This document shows, piece by piece, positions 62,479 to 64,000 of a DNA stretch of 64,000 bases. How positions within the stretch are numbered: the stretch's first letter is position 1; every line of letters begins with the position of its first letter. The DNA comes from Tubiluchus corallicola (taxonomy: Eukaryota > Animalia > Priapulida). A program made the position numbers and the translations under genes. The stretch spans positions 496,001 through 560,000 of the forward strand of contig JAQGDQ010000088.1 of the NCBI GenBank assembly GCA_030141605.1. The letters are read 5' to 3'. Under the pieces are notes generated by a model, which was given only the letters and a program-made list of their open reading frames with translations, was not told where the DNA came from and made no database searches.

Positions 62479-64000
62479 CTGCAGAACAAATAACACTTGT
62501 ATATGAATTAAAATGCTAAAGCTTTGCTTTTTTTTAAAAAAGCAGCTGGGCATACACAACCCATACACACAAGTCATAAAATATCCAGATAACCTGCAAG
62601 TAAATAGACAGTTTGTTTTTAGTGTGATTTAAAGAGTTACAGAGGCTTAAAACCACTCGTAAGTATAACTAACACAGCACAAAAAAGAAATGTACACGTA
62701 ATTAACTGCACGGTTTTTGGAATTCTGGATATTCTTATTACAAAGGATAACACTTAACTTAGATAACTGGCCGCCCTGAACAATAACAACATATTGGAAT
62801 TACCTATCCATACTTCTCTTCAGCAACTAATTAACTATAGAACATTTCTGATGGGGGCAAATTTGTTATTCATTCTGCTTGCAATATTGTAAATTTTGCA
62901 ATTTGCATAAACCTATAGCTTCAAAAAACTGTTTCATATTATTGTAGACTAAAACACAATCTGTCACTGCACAGCAGTACTAATATAATTATATTATATT
63001 TATATTGTTCATGTGAGGGACGCCCACTTTGAATGAAAAATGAGATAAATTTTGGCTAACAGGCTAAGTAACTAAAATTAGACAATATTTCACTGACATG
63101 CATGTCAACTACAACTCTTTTATTGTGCATGCGTTGCAATACAGGTATTCCTACAATAACAATGCAATATCAACACCTAGCCGACTGGTTGTTTAAAGGA
63201 AAGTTACTTAGTCTGTTAGGTTTATTTTACAGTTATCACTTAAACGTAGAAAAAATATGATAAAGAAATTTGCAAAAAAACTGGTTATAAAGTATAAAGT
63301 TACTTTATGCTACCACTGCACAAAAATTTACAGCTTGAACATAATGATGTAACTGGTGGTCTTCGTGATTTTTTGTAAATACATTGTGGCTTTGCGTTAC
63401 GTGTGCACTGCTTAAACAAATTCAAACTTCTGAAACTCGTCTAATATTCGTGCAAAAATATCATAAAATTGGCTATCCAATTTTTTGCGAAAACTTATTA
63501 TACTTTTGATGGAAATGACAGTATGCTGGTTTTCTTCAGCCGATGAACGATGTCAATAGTGAAAAATGGACGTTTAAAATGGGACGGCTCAATCGTGAAA
63601 TGACTGCGACTTTAAAGTGATTTTACTAATTATACGAAGCGCTTATCACACTAATAAGCCTAACTTGCCAGAAGGTTTGGCCTTTTCTTTAAGCTTGCTT
63701 TTTTTGTAACTGTAATTACTATTACAAACAGTAAATAAACCAAAAAATTAAACAGGAGATTATTAACACTACTTTTTGCTTTTTGATGAATCTCATAGTC
63801 CAGAAAACAGTAGCACAATAACAACGAAACTCGGCTAGTTAGCTTCAACAAAGCATGAGAATAGGCTAATTAGCTTAACAAGCTAAACTTCAAACCTTAA
63901 AACTAAGCAACCAGGTACCTATTATATGCTCCTAGAATGACATACTTATCTGAAAAGTAAACACACACAAATCTGTAATTTGATTATGTACAGTACCTAA

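Overview
AT-rich eukaryotic (invertebrate animal-like) genomic DNA with GT-AG introns, microsatellites and many transposon relics; no prokaryotic features. Three protein-coding genes lie on the minus strand. (1) 54739-62478: cathepsin Z/X, with 7 coding exons I could splice in frame; its 5' signal/pro exon(s) are not confidently located. (2) 8629-38921: a Neto/SOL-2-like (neuropilin and tolloid-like) single-pass membrane protein in 10 phase-consistent exons (signal peptide, CUB, CUB, LDLa, TM, Cys6, ~490-aa disordered tail; about 871 aa from the Met at 38910). (3) 656-925: the first coding exon of a probable MARVEL-domain (CMTM/plasmolipin-like) gene that runs off the left edge. Introns and intergenic DNA hold degenerate LINE RT fragments, hAT-type non-autonomous elements with TIRs and 8-bp TSDs (one nested inside an interrupted 850-bp duplication), foldback MITEs, tandem duplications and an inverted pair of tRNA-like units. 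All exon boundaries were read by eye and need RNA-seq confirmation.
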